Source: an uncultured Solibacteraceae bacterium (GTDB taxonomy: Bacteria; Acidobacteriota; Terriglobia; 20CM-2-55-15). Taken from it: a stretch of 64,000 bases of DNA. Positions within the stretch are counted from its first letter, which is position 1; the number at the start of each line of letters is the position of its first letter. Shown piece after piece: positions 52,179-61,632 of this stretch. The translations under genes were made by a program, and so were the position numbers. A model generated the notes under the pieces. The model was not told where the DNA came from, searched no databases, and worked only from the letters and a program-made list of their open reading frames with translations. The stretch spans positions 960 through 64,959 of the forward strand of contig CAZWGA010000028.1 in NCBI GenBank assembly GCA_964633285.1, given 5' to 3'.

Positions 52179-53271
52179 GCAGCGATGTTATTACTGCGCG
52201 TTCACAATTTCAGTTTCCCCCGAAGATGCCTGGGAACCGTACGTCCAGCGGCTGATCCGGGAAATTGAGCTGTCGGAATTCAGGGACTCGCCGGAAACGA
52301 TTTTTCTGGGCGGGGGCACGCCGTCGATCATTCCCGGGAGTTCCATCGAGAGAATCCTTGCCTCGTTTCCACAGACTGCATCCGAGATCAGTCTTGAAGC
52401 CAATCCCGGAACTTTGACTGATTCAAAGCTCGAACACTACAGGGCCGCGGGTGTGAATCGAATCAGCCTGGGCGCGCAGTCGTTTCACAATGAAGACTTG
52501 AAGAATGCCGGCCGTCTTCATTCGGCCTCGGATATTTTTCGAGACATCGAGTCGCTCCGAAAGCATGGATTCACAAATCTCAGCATTGACTTGATTGCCG
52601 GACTGCCGCACCAGAAGATCGGGCCATGGCGCGAGAACCTTGCATGGATCGAGCGGATTCGTCCCGAACATGTCTCGATTTATATGCTGGATGTCGAAGA
52701 GCGCAGCGCCTGGGGGAGAGCCGGCGCCGATATATCGGATGACGATGTGTTCGCGGCTTTTTATCTCGAGGCTTCAGATCGCCTGGGGAAGGCCGGATAC
52801 ATCCATTATGAAATCTCGAACTGGGCGCAGCCCGGCTTCGAATGCAGGCACAATCTGAAATACTGGACCGGCGCGCCGTATCGCGGATTCGGCGTGAGCG
52901 CGCATTCATTCGAGCCGTGGAAACGATTCTGGAACACCGCATCGCTGAAGGAGTACGGAGACCTTATCGACTCCGGTAAACTTCCAGTCTCCGGCTCTGA
53001 AGAGCTCACCCGTGAGATGCGGCTTCACGAAGCTTTCCTGATCGGTTTGCGCCGCGCTTGCGGATTGGATATATGGGCCGTTGCGCGCGAACTGACCATC
53101 GAATATCCGCAGAAATGGTTCGATCGCGTTTGTGAGTTTGAGGACGCGGGCTGGATTCAATTTGACGGCAAATTCTTAAGACTGACAACTCCCGGACGGC
53201 TTGTGGCCGGCGGAGTAACCGAGGAACTCTTATGCCCAATACTGTTATCGATCTCAGAAGTGACACCGTAA
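52141..53271 (+). CDS. hemW: radical SAM heme chaperone HemW (HemN-like)
   Basis: YVHIPFCEQRCYYCAF (CxxxCxxC), GGGTPS, EANP, RISLGAQSF, HYEISNW, HNLKYW and GFGVSAHS motifs. Confidence 0.9.
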   Translation: MKTGVYVHIPFCEQRCYYCAFTISVSPEDAWEPYVQRLIREIELSEFRDSPETIFLGGGTPSIIPGSSIERILASFPQTASEISLEANPGTLTDSKLEHYRAAGVNRISLGAQSFHNEDLKNAGRLHSASDIFRDIESLRKHGFTNLSIDLIAGLPHQKIGPWRENLAWIERIRPEHVSIYMLDVEERSAWGRAGADISDDDVFAAFYLEASDRLGKAGYIHYEISNWAQPGFECRHNLKYWTGAPYRGFGVSAHSFEPWKRFWNTASLKEYGDLIDSGKLPVSGSEELTREMRLHEAFLIGLRRACGLDIWAVARELTIEYPQKWFDRVCEFEDAGWIQFDGKFLRLTTPGRLVAGGVTEELLCPILLSISEVTP

Positions 53272-54272
53272 CCCGGCCATCGCCGGAAATGCGGCGCGCG
53301 ATGGCCGATGCGGAAGTGGGTGACGATGTTTTCATCGAAGATCCGACGATCAACCGGCTTCAGGACCGCGCCGCCGAAGTATTCAAAAGGGAAGCGGCTT
53401 TATTCGTTCCTTCAGGCACGATGGGCAATCTCACATGCATCCTGGGTCACACGCGGCCGGGGCAGGAAGTGATCTGTGAGGAGGCCGGGCACATTTACAA
53501 CTACGAGATGGCTTCGATGTCGGCCATCGCCGGTGTGCTTCCTCGAATTGTAACGGGGCAGGACGGAATTCTGAGTTGGGAGACCATTTCGAAGGCGATT
53601 CGTCCGAAGATTTATTACCGGCCTCAAACCGCGCTCGTGTCGCTGGAAAACACGCACAACATGGCCGGCGGCACGGTCTACCCGACGAAGCTTGCCGAAG
53701 AAATCTGCGACAAAGCGCACGATGCCGGCGTTCGCGTGCATCTCGATGGCGCACGGATCTTCAATGCCGCGACATATCTCGGCGAAGATGTTGCGGAGAT
53801 GACGAAGAAATTCGATTCGATCCAGTTCTGTCTCAGCAAGGGGCTCGGCGCGCCGGTGGGTTCGATGATCGTGGGTACGCGTGAATTCATCGAACGATCA
53901 CGAAGCATTCGTAAGATGCTCGGCGGAGGCATGCGCCAGGCTGGAGTGCTGGCGGCGGCGGGGCTGGTTGCCCTCGAAAAAGGGCCGAAGCGCCTCCAGA
54001 TCGATCACGATAACGCAAAGGTTCTTGCTGCTCGAATCGCCGCGGTTCCCGGTATCGGACTGGACCCGGCGAAAGTTCAAACCAATATCGTCATCTTCAG
54101 CCTGAAGCCCGCGGGCTGGTCCTCTTCCGAGTTCCTGCAGGCGCTCGCGAAACGCAACGTTCTCGCGGTTCCTGTGGACGGAGAGCATGTGCGCATGGTG
54201 ACGCATCTCGACGTTAATCGCGACGACATTGAAAAAGCCGCGACTGCCGTCAAAGACACACTTCAGCGATGA
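53232..54272 (+). CDS. ltaE: low-specificity L-threonine aldolase
   Basis: [37 protein letters not shown] and CLSKGLGAP (PLP lysine) motifs. Confidence 0.95.
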   Translation: MPNTVIDLRSDTVTRPSPEMRRAMADAEVGDDVFIEDPTINRLQDRAAEVFKREAALFVPSGTMGNLTCILGHTRPGQEVICEEAGHIYNYEMASMSAIAGVLPRIVTGQDGILSWETISKAIRPKIYYRPQTALVSLENTHNMAGGTVYPTKLAEEICDKAHDAGVRVHLDGARIFNAATYLGEDVAEMTKKFDSIQFCLSKGLGAPVGSMIVGTREFIERSRSIRKMLGGGMRQAGVLAAAGLVALEKGPKRLQIDHDNAKVLAARIAAVPGIGLDPAKVQTNIVIFSLKPAGWSSSEFLQALAKRNVLAVPVDGEHVRMVTHLDVNRDDIEKAATAVKDTLQR

Positions 54273-55324
54273 AGAAGATTCGGGTCGGCGTGATCTTCGG
54301 CGGGCGATCGGGTGAACACGAAGTGTCGCTTCGTTCGGCCGAATCCATTCTGCGATCCATCGATCCATCCAAATATGAAGTCGTGCCGATCGGCATCACT
54401 CACGAAGGCCGTTGGCTTTCATCGAAAAACGCGATCGGGTTGCTTCCGTCCAAAGAGGCCATTCAGAAAACGCTGACCGACGGTGAGCCGATCACGCTGC
54501 CTGCCGAGCCGGCGGCGCGCGAAATCATTGATGTGATCTTTCCTGTTCTTCACGGGACCTTCGGAGAAGACGGAACGATTCAGGGACTGCTGGAGCTCGC
54601 CAACGTTCCGTATGTCGGAGCTGGTGTTCTGGGTTCGGCCATCGGGATGGATAAGGATGTGATGAAGCGCCTCCTCCGCGATGCCGGACTGCCGATCGTT
54701 GACTACTGGACAACACGAGCGCCGGAACTCGAGTCCTTCCTTCAGTCGCATATCAACGCGCTTCCGTATCCGGTGTTTGTGAAGCCCGCGAATCTCGGCT
54801 CGTCCGTAGGGATCACCAAGGTACACGCTCCGGAAGAATTGCCCGCGGCATTGCAGACGGCCGCTGAATACGATCGGAAGATCGTTGTGGAACACGGTGT
54901 CGATGCGCGAGAAATCGAGTTGAGCGTTCTCGGAAACGATGAACCGATGGCGTCGAAACCCGGCGAAATCATTCCGTCACGCGAGTTCTACGACTATGAA
55001 GCGAAATATGTGGATGAGGACTCGCGATTGTTGATTCCGGCGCCGCTCACCGATGCGCAGACCGCCGAGGCCCGGCGAATCGCGATCGCTGCTTTCAAGG
55101 TTCTGGAGTGTTCAGGAATGGCGCGTGTGGATTTGTTCCTGGAAAAGGCGGCTGGAAAGTTCTACGTGAACGAGATCAATACGCTTCCCGGATTCACGAC
55201 GATCAGCATGTATCCAAAGTTGTGGGAAGCGTCGGGGATTAAGTATGGGGAACTGATAGACCGATTGATCGCGCTGGCGATCGAACGCCACGCCGCGAAG
55301 AGCAAGCTCCGCACGAAATACTGA
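54269..55324 (+). CDS. ddl: D-alanine--D-alanine ligase
   Basis: [44 protein letters not shown] and NEINTLPG motifs. Confidence 0.96.
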   Translation: MKKIRVGVIFGGRSGEHEVSLRSAESILRSIDPSKYEVVPIGITHEGRWLSSKNAIGLLPSKEAIQKTLTDGEPITLPAEPAAREIIDVIFPVLHGTFGEDGTIQGLLELANVPYVGAGVLGSAIGMDKDVMKRLLRDAGLPIVDYWTTRAPELESFLQSHINALPYPVFVKPANLGSSVGITKVHAPEELPAALQTAAEYDRKIVVEHGVDAREIELSVLGNDEPMASKPGEIIPSREFYDYEAKYVDEDSRLLIPAPLTDAQTAEARRIAIAAFKVLECSGMARVDLFLEKAAGKFYVNEINTLPGFTTISMYPKLWEASGIKYGELIDRLIALAIERHAAKSKLRTKY

Positions 55325-55330
55325 GTTTCC

Positions 55331-56017
55331 CTACTCCCAGCAAAATGTATCGTTTTCGAACATCAACACCTTACCGGACACTTCGTTCGCAAACTGCGCG
55401 TAGTGCGTCACCACAATTTGCGTCATGCCTTCGTTATTGAGTTCGCGCATGACGTTGAACACTTCGTCCACGAGTTGCGGATCGAGCGCGGAAGTGGGTT
55501 CATCGTAGAGCATGACATCGGGAGACATGGCCAGACTGCGCGCAATGGCAACGCGCTGTTGCTGGCCTCCCGAAAGCTGCGAAGGATAGGAATCGATTTT
55601 CTGCGCCAGACCCACGCGATCGAGGATGCGCTTCGCCATCGACGCGGCCTCCTTCGGATTCATCTTCTTGACCTGCACGGGCGCGAGCGTGACGTTTTCA
55701 AGGGCCGTCAGATGCGGAAAGAGATTGAAACTCTGGAAGACCATGCCGGTCTTCGATCTCATTTTCTGGAGCGCGGTTTTCTTCTCCGCCGGCAGGTGTT
55801 GCGATTCGCCGTTGGACCACCGCACGCTCAACTCACCGATCGTGATTTCGCCGCTGTCGAAGAGCTCGAGAAAATTGATGCACCGCAACAGCGTGGATTT
55901 TCCGCAGCCGGACGGCCCTCTGATGACAGTGAGTCTGCCGTGTGGAAACTCGAGGGAAAGATCTTTGAAGAGATTGTGGTTGCCGAACGTTTTCGTCAGG
56001 CCTTTGATCTTGACCAC
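55331..56017 (-). CDS. polar amino acid ABC transporter ATP-binding subunit (GlnQ-like), orphan
   Basis: GPSGCGKS, VFQSFNLFPH, LSGGQQQR, DEPTSALDP and VTH motifs. The GTG start at 56017 was chosen to minimise overlap; the track start is 56095. Confidence 0.9.
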   Translation of the reverse strand: MVKIKGLTKTFGNHNLFKDLSLEFPHGRLTVIRGPSGCGKSTLLRCINFLELFDSGEITIGELSVRWSNGESQHLPAEKKTALQKMRSKTGMVFQSFNLFPHLTALENVTLAPVQVKKMNPKEAASMAKRILDRVGLAQKIDSYPSQLSGGQQQRVAIARSLAMSPDVMLYDEPTSALDPQLVDEVFNVMRELNNEGMTQIVVTHYAQFANEVSGKVLMFENDTFCWE

Positions 56018-56580
56018 CGGGAATTGGCGCTCGCGCTCCTTAATAGGATTTTCTGCTGGCTTTCTTTCGCGTTGAATCCGATAGCATACGGACAAAAGAT
56101 ATTCGCGCGTTTCGCGCGCGAGAATTCATCCAGATAGTAACCGCCGATTCGAAAATGATAATCGTCCACGGTGCCTGACAAAGTTCCATCGCCGTTGTAT
56201 TGCCACGCGCTCGTGCGGCGTTTGTCATTCGCAACGATAATCAAATAGAGATTTCCTGGAATCATGTCGACAACATCCTGAGTGCTGAGATTGCCGACGC
56301 CCTTTAATTCTCCCCAGCCTGTATGCGAGTGAAAATCTCCGACCAGCGACAAATGCGGCAGATTTGCCAGAAACTTTTCCATTCGCCGCGACGCGCGGCC
56401 GTTTTTCTCAACGCTGGTGTGGCGGCGATTCGCGGTCTGATAAGAAACCGCGTGCTCGACAACATAGATATTGCTGCTGTCGCGATATCCAAGAAGCAGG
56501 CCGAAACATTCCTTCTTGTAAACTTCGATCGCCGAAATCAGGAGTGCCCAGAATGCGTTGGATGAAATATATACTTCCAT
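55996..56580 (-). CDS. JAB/MPN (JAMM) metalloprotease-like protein
   Basis: Catalytic-type E in ECFGLLLG and GDFHSH-x12-S-x2-D. Own -10 TAGAAT upstream. Confidence 0.8.
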   Translation of the reverse strand: MEVYISSNAFWALLISAIEVYKKECFGLLLGYRDSSNIYVVEHAVSYQTANRRHTSVEKNGRASRRMEKFLANLPHLSLVGDFHSHTGWGELKGVGNLSTQDVVDMIPGNLYLIIVANDKRRTSAWQYNGDGTLSGTVDDYHFRIGGYYLDEFSRAKRANIFCPYAIGFNAKESQQKILLRSASANSRWSRSKA

Positions 56581-56658
56581 GTATCACCCGATTGACCCCG
56601 CGATTCTAGCCGTTTCCGGCACTCATTGGGAACGTCCTTTTTCGTTAAATTTCGGCCC

Positions 56659-56689
56659 AAAAAATAAGGGCCGCTGGATAGCGGCCCTT
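56659..56689 (-). terminator. Rho-independent terminator downstream of the 15-aa ORF
   Basis: 10-bp stem AAGGGCCGCT (56666-75) / AGCGGCCCTT (56680-89), followed on the minus strand by ATTTTTT. Confidence 0.85.
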
Positions 56690-56730
56690 CTTTAATCTCG
56701 GTCTTCGCGCCTAGTTTTTATACGTTTTTG

Positions 56731-56778
56731 TTACTTCTTTTTTGTGGCTTTCTTTTTCTTTGCTGGAGCTTTCTTCAT
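56731..56778 (-). CDS. lysine-rich micropeptide MKKAPAKKKKATKKK (15 aa)
   Basis: ATG...TAA with AAGGAG SD 6 nt upstream. It is the only ORF between a strong promoter and a terminator. Confidence 0.65.
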   Translation of the reverse strand: MKKAPAKKKKATKKK

Positions 56779-56844
56779 CTTTTTCTCCTTCGTTTTTGAT
56801 TTGGGCCTCACAACATCTTGAGGCCGTTACTAACTATTGCCGCT

Positions 56845-56873
56845 AGTATTGTGGTGAAAGTTTTCCCTGTCAA
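56845..56873 (-). promoter_or_regulatory. sigma70 promoter TTGACA-N17-AATACT
   Basis: Consensus -35 (56868-56873), 17-nt spacer and -10 at 56845-56850. Confidence 0.75.
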
Positions 56874-56907
56874 GCACTATTTCGCATTCGGGGAGGGAGT
56901 TAACTGA

Positions 56908-57927
56908 TTAGGGATATTGGTAGTAACCCTTCCGGTGAAGAGTCTTCAGATTGTTCCCGGCGATCTGCACTTCGATATTTCGGAAGACGGGTCCCGGACC
57001 GAATAATTCATTATTCGAGATAAAGCCAAGGACGTACTGATTCCGGGCTTCCTCTGTCGCGGTCGCATACGATCTTTCGATGTTCAGAATGGAGTTGACA
57101 AAGTACACATCGCCTCCAGTCGTTTTTGCATACTGATCCAGGACTGACGCTATCCGCATTGGAAAAGGCTGATCGAGGCCGATGGCGTAGACCTGAACAC
57201 CCTGTTCGAGAAGACGCTGCGCGGTTTCATCGAAGGAATGATCGCTTCCCGCCGATTGCCCATCGGAGATAACGAGAACAATCTTTCGCCGGCTGCGTTC
57301 GCGTTTGGAAAGATCGGCCGCGGCCGTAAAAATCGCATCGTGAAGAACGCGAACATTTCTTTGCGGGCGCGAAGCTCCTGGGCCAATCACCTGCACGGAG
57401 GGAATGACGGGCGCGCCGTTGATCACCGGGCCCGGTGTGGAGAAAGGTCCGCGCGGAACGCTGGGATCGGCATTGGCATCAGGTTTGAGGGCGCGCAATG
57501 TATTCATTGCGGTTTCGACAAGATTGTTGTCGTGGGAGAAATCGAGAACTTTCGTCACGAATTTGCTGTAGCTGTAAACGGCAATTTCGTCGGATTCACT
57601 GAACGCGCCGGCAAGCGCCGGAAATGTTTTTTGAACTTTTGAGAGCGATCCTGCAGCGAGGCCTGTATCGACGACGACGGCTGCCGACAACGGAACCGGA
57701 TCGGCGGTGAAATTGGAAATCGTTTGACGTCTGCCGTCTTCGAGAATGACGAAATCGCCCTTCTGCAAACCGGCAATGAGTTTGCCGCTGTCGCCTTTGA
57801 CGGTAACCGGCACAACGACAAGATCGACTTTGGCGCGGATTTTGAAATCCTGCGCTGATGCCGCGGCGACCAACAGCAGGAGCGCAAGCACCAGGAGTTT
57901 GACAGCAATCCTAATTCTTGGGCGCAT
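56908..57927 (-). CDS. VWA domain protein (acidobacterial type)
   Basis: KVDLVVVPVTVK, DFVILEDG, VVVDTG, ISDGQ, KTTGG, RNQYVLGF and HRKGYY motifs. AGGAAGG SD before ATG 57927. Confidence 0.88.
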   Translation of the reverse strand: MRPRIRIAVKLLVLALLLLVAAASAQDFKIRAKVDLVVVPVTVKGDSGKLIAGLQKGDFVILEDGRRQTISNFTADPVPLSAAVVVDTGLAAGSLSKVQKTFPALAGAFSESDEIAVYSYSKFVTKVLDFSHDNNLVETAMNTLRALKPDANADPSVPRGPFSTPGPVINGAPVIPSVQVIGPGASRPQRNVRVLHDAIFTAAADLSKRERSRRKIVLVISDGQSAGSDHSFDETAQRLLEQGVQVYAIGLDQPFPMRIASVLDQYAKTTGGDVYFVNSILNIERSYATATEEARNQYVLGFISNNELFGPGPVFRNIEVQIAGNNLKTLHRKGYYQYP

Positions 57928-58912
57928 AATAACCCTTCCTTGCCTTGACTGTATAACTGGAGTCCCTCGCCACGATTTTGATCGAACGATACCGGCCATC
58001 GTGCGCGGTGTTCGTGGAGAAATAACCGAGACTGTACTGGCTGCGGAGTTCCTGCGAGATTTGATCGAAGATCCTTTTGAAATTGTTTTCGTCGTTCACG
58101 ATAAAAGTGGAGCCGCCGGTTTCGTCGGAGAACTTTTTCAGCGTATTGATATCGCCGAAGCCACCGCCGCCTCCTCCTCCACCGGGGCCGCCTCTTCGGC
58201 CGCGCCTTCCATACTGGAAGAATCCTTCGCGAACACTATTTGAAATTCCGTAAATGACCGAGTCGCTTTGATGCGCAGCGATGAGTGCTTCGCCGAACTT
58301 GACTTTGCTCGTTGTGTCTTCACCATCGCTGATGAGGATGATCGCTTTGCGTCCCAGTTCTCCTTTGAGTTTCTCCCTTCCCGCCAGGTAGACGGCATCA
58401 TAGAGGGATGTACCGCACGTAGAACAAAAGTCGCCTGATACCGGGATCTCCAGTTCATTGATGGCGCGCTTGAGCGACTTGGTATCGTCGGTGTAGTCCT
58501 GGACCAAAGTTACAGAACGATCAAATCCGATGACAAGCACAAGATCCTTAGGCTGCAAGGCGGAATCCAGAAATGCTCCCGCCATGATCTTTTCTTCGTC
58601 AAACACGCGCCGGACGCTGGGGCTGGTGTCGATCAGCATGGCCAGGGTCAGCGGTAATTCGTTTTCTTTCGAGAAGTTCCGAATTTCCTGGCGGCGGCCG
58701 TCTTCTTCTACAAGAAAGTCGCGCGCGGTGAGTCCCGGAACAAATCTGCCGTGGCGATCCCTGACGGAGAACGAAACGTTGACGAGCTCGACGCGGACCT
58801 TCAACGTATCCTGGCTGGACTGAGACGGATAAAGCGAACGCCCTGCAAATTCAATGCTTGTCAGGACGCTGAGAAGCAGGATCAGAGCGGGACCGCGCTT
58901 CATTCGCCTCAT
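57911..58912 (-). CDS. VWA domain protein (acidobacterial type) with Gly/Arg-rich insertion
   Basis: VELVNVSFSVRD, DTSPS, GTSLYDAV, ISDGED, ETGG, ELRSQYSLGY and ARKGYY motifs. The start is uncertain (58903/58912/58921). Confidence 0.9.
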   Translation of the reverse strand: MRRMKRGPALILLLSVLTSIEFAGRSLYPSQSSQDTLKVRVELVNVSFSVRDRHGRFVPGLTARDFLVEEDGRRQEIRNFSKENELPLTLAMLIDTSPSVRRVFDEEKIMAGAFLDSALQPKDLVLVIGFDRSVTLVQDYTDDTKSLKRAINELEIPVSGDFCSTCGTSLYDAVYLAGREKLKGELGRKAIILISDGEDTTSKVKFGEALIAAHQSDSVIYGISNSVREGFFQYGRRGRRGGPGGGGGGGGFGDINTLKKFSDETGGSTFIVNDENNFKRIFDQISQELRSQYSLGYFSTNTAHDGRYRSIKIVARDSSYTVKARKGYYAPKN

Positions 58913-58942
58913 GCCGCTCATGTTATCATGCCCATTTGTGTA

Positions 58943-60334
58943 ATGAGACTGACGAACACCCTCACAGGTAACCAGGAAACATTCGAGCCGCAGGACGGAA
59001 AAACTGTCCGCATGTACACCTGCGGGCCCACGGTTTACAACTACGTTCATATCGGGAATCTGAGGACATATGTGTTCGAAGATCTCCTGCGCCGGCATCT
59101 GTTGAGCAAGTGGCAGCTTCGTCACGTGATGAACATCACGGACATCGACGACAAGATCATCAACAAGTCCATCGAGACCGGCGAAGACATCCGCTCCTAC
59201 ACCGCTCCATTCACGAAAGCGTTCTTCGAGGACTGCGCAAAACTGCGGATTGAGAAGCCTGAGCTCATCACGCCGGCGACGGAATATATTGCCGAGATGA
59301 TCGATATTGTGAAGCGGTTGCTTGATGAGGGCTTCGCGTATCGCGAAGGTGATTCGATTTACTTCCGCATTTCTCGATTTCCGAATTACGGCCGGCTCTC
59401 ACGCCTCGACCGCCGCGAGCTCAAGATCGGCGCGCGCATCGATGCCGACGAATATGAAAAGGAAGAGCCTCGCGATTTCGTTTTATGGAAAGCGCCGAAG
59501 GATCCGCGCGAGCCGCGATGGCAGGCGCCGTTTGGTGAAGGGCGCCCGGGATGGCATCTCGAATGTTCCGCAATGGCGATGAAGCATCTCGGCGAGACAC
59601 TCGATATCCACTGCGGCGGCGTCGACAACATCTTCCCGCATCACGAAAACGAAATCGCTCAAAGTGAAGCCGTGACGGGACGGCCTTTCGTCCGCTTCTG
59701 GATTCACGGCGAACATCTGCTCGTCGAAGGCGAGAAGATGGCGAAATCCAAAGGCAATTTCTTTACGCTCCGCGATTTGATCGAGCGCGGCCACGATCCC
59801 ATAGCAATTCGCTATGCCCTGGTTCAGGTGCCTTATCGCAAGCAGATGAACTTTACGTTTGATGGTCTCGCCGCCGCGAAAGTCGCGCTCGACCGGATCG
59901 TGGAATTTCTGTTCCAGTTGCATTCGGCGAATCCTGCGGATGGATCCAGCGAGGCTGTTGCCGGTGCCGTCAGGGAAGCCGATCAGGATTTTGAAGCTGC
60001 GCTCGACGACGACCTCAATACGGCACGGGCGCTGGCCGCGGTGTTCGACTTGATCAAGAAGTGCAATACCGCTCTCGTTGAGCGCGCTTTAAAGAAGGAT
60101 GACCGGGAATCGGTTTTCAATTTCTTCAAAAAAGTCGACCAGAGACTGGCGATCGTTCCTCCAATGGAACATCTATTGCAAGGCGATCAGGAGATCGAGG
60201 CGCTCATTGCGCAGCGAAATGAAGCCCGGAGAAATCGTGACTTTGCGCTCTCCGATAAGCTGCGTCAGGCATTACTCGATCGCGGCGTTGTTATCGAAGA
60301 TACGCGGGAGGGCACGAGGTGGCGGCGAAAGTAG
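58943..60334 (+). CDS. cysS: cysteine--tRNA ligase
   Basis: YTCGPTVY, HIGN (HIGH motif), DFVLWK, GRPGWHLECSAM, FPHHENE and KMAKS (KMSKS variant). Confidence 0.98.
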   Translation: MRLTNTLTGNQETFEPQDGKTVRMYTCGPTVYNYVHIGNLRTYVFEDLLRRHLLSKWQLRHVMNITDIDDKIINKSIETGEDIRSYTAPFTKAFFEDCAKLRIEKPELITPATEYIAEMIDIVKRLLDEGFAYREGDSIYFRISRFPNYGRLSRLDRRELKIGARIDADEYEKEEPRDFVLWKAPKDPREPRWQAPFGEGRPGWHLECSAMAMKHLGETLDIHCGGVDNIFPHHENEIAQSEAVTGRPFVRFWIHGEHLLVEGEKMAKSKGNFFTLRDLIERGHDPIAIRYALVQVPYRKQMNFTFDGLAAAKVALDRIVEFLFQLHSANPADGSSEAVAGAVREADQDFEAALDDDLNTARALAAVFDLIKKCNTALVERALKKDDRESVFNFFKKVDQRLAIVPPMEHLLQGDQEIEALIAQRNEARRNRDFALSDKLRQALLDRGVVIEDTREGTRWRRK

Positions 60335-61575
60335 CAAGCGATAAACTTCCGAAGATTGTTACCGAACTCCCCGGACCCAAAGCTCGCGTCATCATTGAAA
60401 ACGATCAGCATTACATTTCTCCGTCATACACGCGATCGTATCCCCTCGTAGCGAAGAGCGCGCGGGGCGCGATCGTCGAGGATGTCGATGGAAACCGTTT
60501 TCTCGATTTCAATGCCGGCATTGCTGTTTGTTCGACCGGACATTGCCATCCGGATGTGGTCCGGGCGATTCAGAAACAGGCCGAGTCGCTCATTCACATG
60601 TCGGGCACGGACTTTTATTACGAGCAGATGCCGCAGCTCGCACACAAGCTCGAGTCGCTGATGCCGGACGGAAGGTCGTGGCGCTGCTTTTTCGGGAATT
60701 CCGGAACCGAAGCCATCGAAGCCGCGATGAAACTCGCGCGATATACCACGGGCCGCTGGCAATTCATTGCGTTTCAGTCGGCCTTTCACGGGCGCACGCT
60801 GGGTTCGCTCTCGCTGACTTCATCCAAAGCCGTTCAGCGCCGCGGATTCGGACCATTGATTCCGGGCGTCACTCACGCGCCGTTCGGAGATGCGGGCTAT
60901 ATCGAGCGCGTGCTCTTCAAGACGACCGTGAATCCCGGAGAGGTTGCGGCGATTGTAGTCGAGCCGATTCAGGGAGAAGGCGGATACAAAATCCCCCCGC
61001 CGGATTTTCTGCCGTCGCTCGAAAAGATTGCGCGCAAGCACGGCATCCTGCTCATCGCGGATGAAGTTCAAAGCGGCATGGGGCGGACCGGGAAGCTGTT
61101 CGCCTTCGAGCATTTTGATTTTCATCCCGATATTGTGGCGATCGCGAAAGGTATCGCGTCGGGAATGCCGCTCGGCGTGATGATGGCGCACTCGGATTTA
61201 ATGACCTGGGAACCCGGCGCTCACGCTTCGACATTCGGAGGGAATCCGGTTTGCCTGGCCGCGGCGCTCGAGACGGTACGCCTGATCAAAGAGAAATACA
61301 TCGCCAATGCTGCAAAAATGGGTGACTTCCTTCGCGGAAAACTCGAAGCGCTGAAGTCGCCGCATTCCGCGATCGTTGATGTTCGCGGCCGCGGCCTGAT
61401 GATCGGCCTCGAGCTGAAGGACACGCAGCTTCGCGACGATGTCATCGATCAATGTTTTCGACGTGGTCTGCTCCTGCTTGGCGCCGGCCCTTCAACGATT
61501 CGCATTTGTCCGCCGTTGATCATTGATGAAGAGCAGGCGACTTTCGCCGTGGAAACAATATCGAATGCGTTGTAA
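60319..61575 (+). CDS. class III PLP aminotransferase (4-aminobutyrate/acetylornithine type)
   Basis: DVDGNRFLDF, NSGTEA, AFHGRT, EPIQGEGG, DEVQSG, IAKG and STFGGNP motifs. Confidence 0.95.
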   Translation: MAAKVASDKLPKIVTELPGPKARVIIENDQHYISPSYTRSYPLVAKSARGAIVEDVDGNRFLDFNAGIAVCSTGHCHPDVVRAIQKQAESLIHMSGTDFYYEQMPQLAHKLESLMPDGRSWRCFFGNSGTEAIEAAMKLARYTTGRWQFIAFQSAFHGRTLGSLSLTSSKAVQRRGFGPLIPGVTHAPFGDAGYIERVLFKTTVNPGEVAAIVVEPIQGEGGYKIPPPDFLPSLEKIARKHGILLIADEVQSGMGRTGKLFAFEHFDFHPDIVAIAKGIASGMPLGVMMAHSDLMTWEPGAHASTFGGNPVCLAAALETVRLIKEKYIANAAKMGDFLRGKLEALKSPHSAIVDVRGRGLMIGLELKDTQLRDDVIDQCFRRGLLLLGAGPSTIRICPPLIIDEEQATFAVETISNAL

Positions 61576-61632
61576 GCCTCTCCCATTGGGAGAAACCGGC
61601 AGGCGAAAGCGCGCCGGGTGAAGGTCGAAGTT

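Noticed and set aside
52141-53271. Oxygen-independent coproporphyrinogen III oxidase HemN
   Set aside because: The short N-terminus and the HNLKYW motif fit HemW rather than true HemN.
51729-55324. VanZ + D-Ala ligase as a glycopeptide-resistance cluster
   Set aside because: The ligase has the Tyr-containing FYDYEAKY loop of D-Ala-D-Ala ligases. There is no vanH, vanX, vanR or vanS, and the neighbours (hemW, ltaE) are housekeeping.
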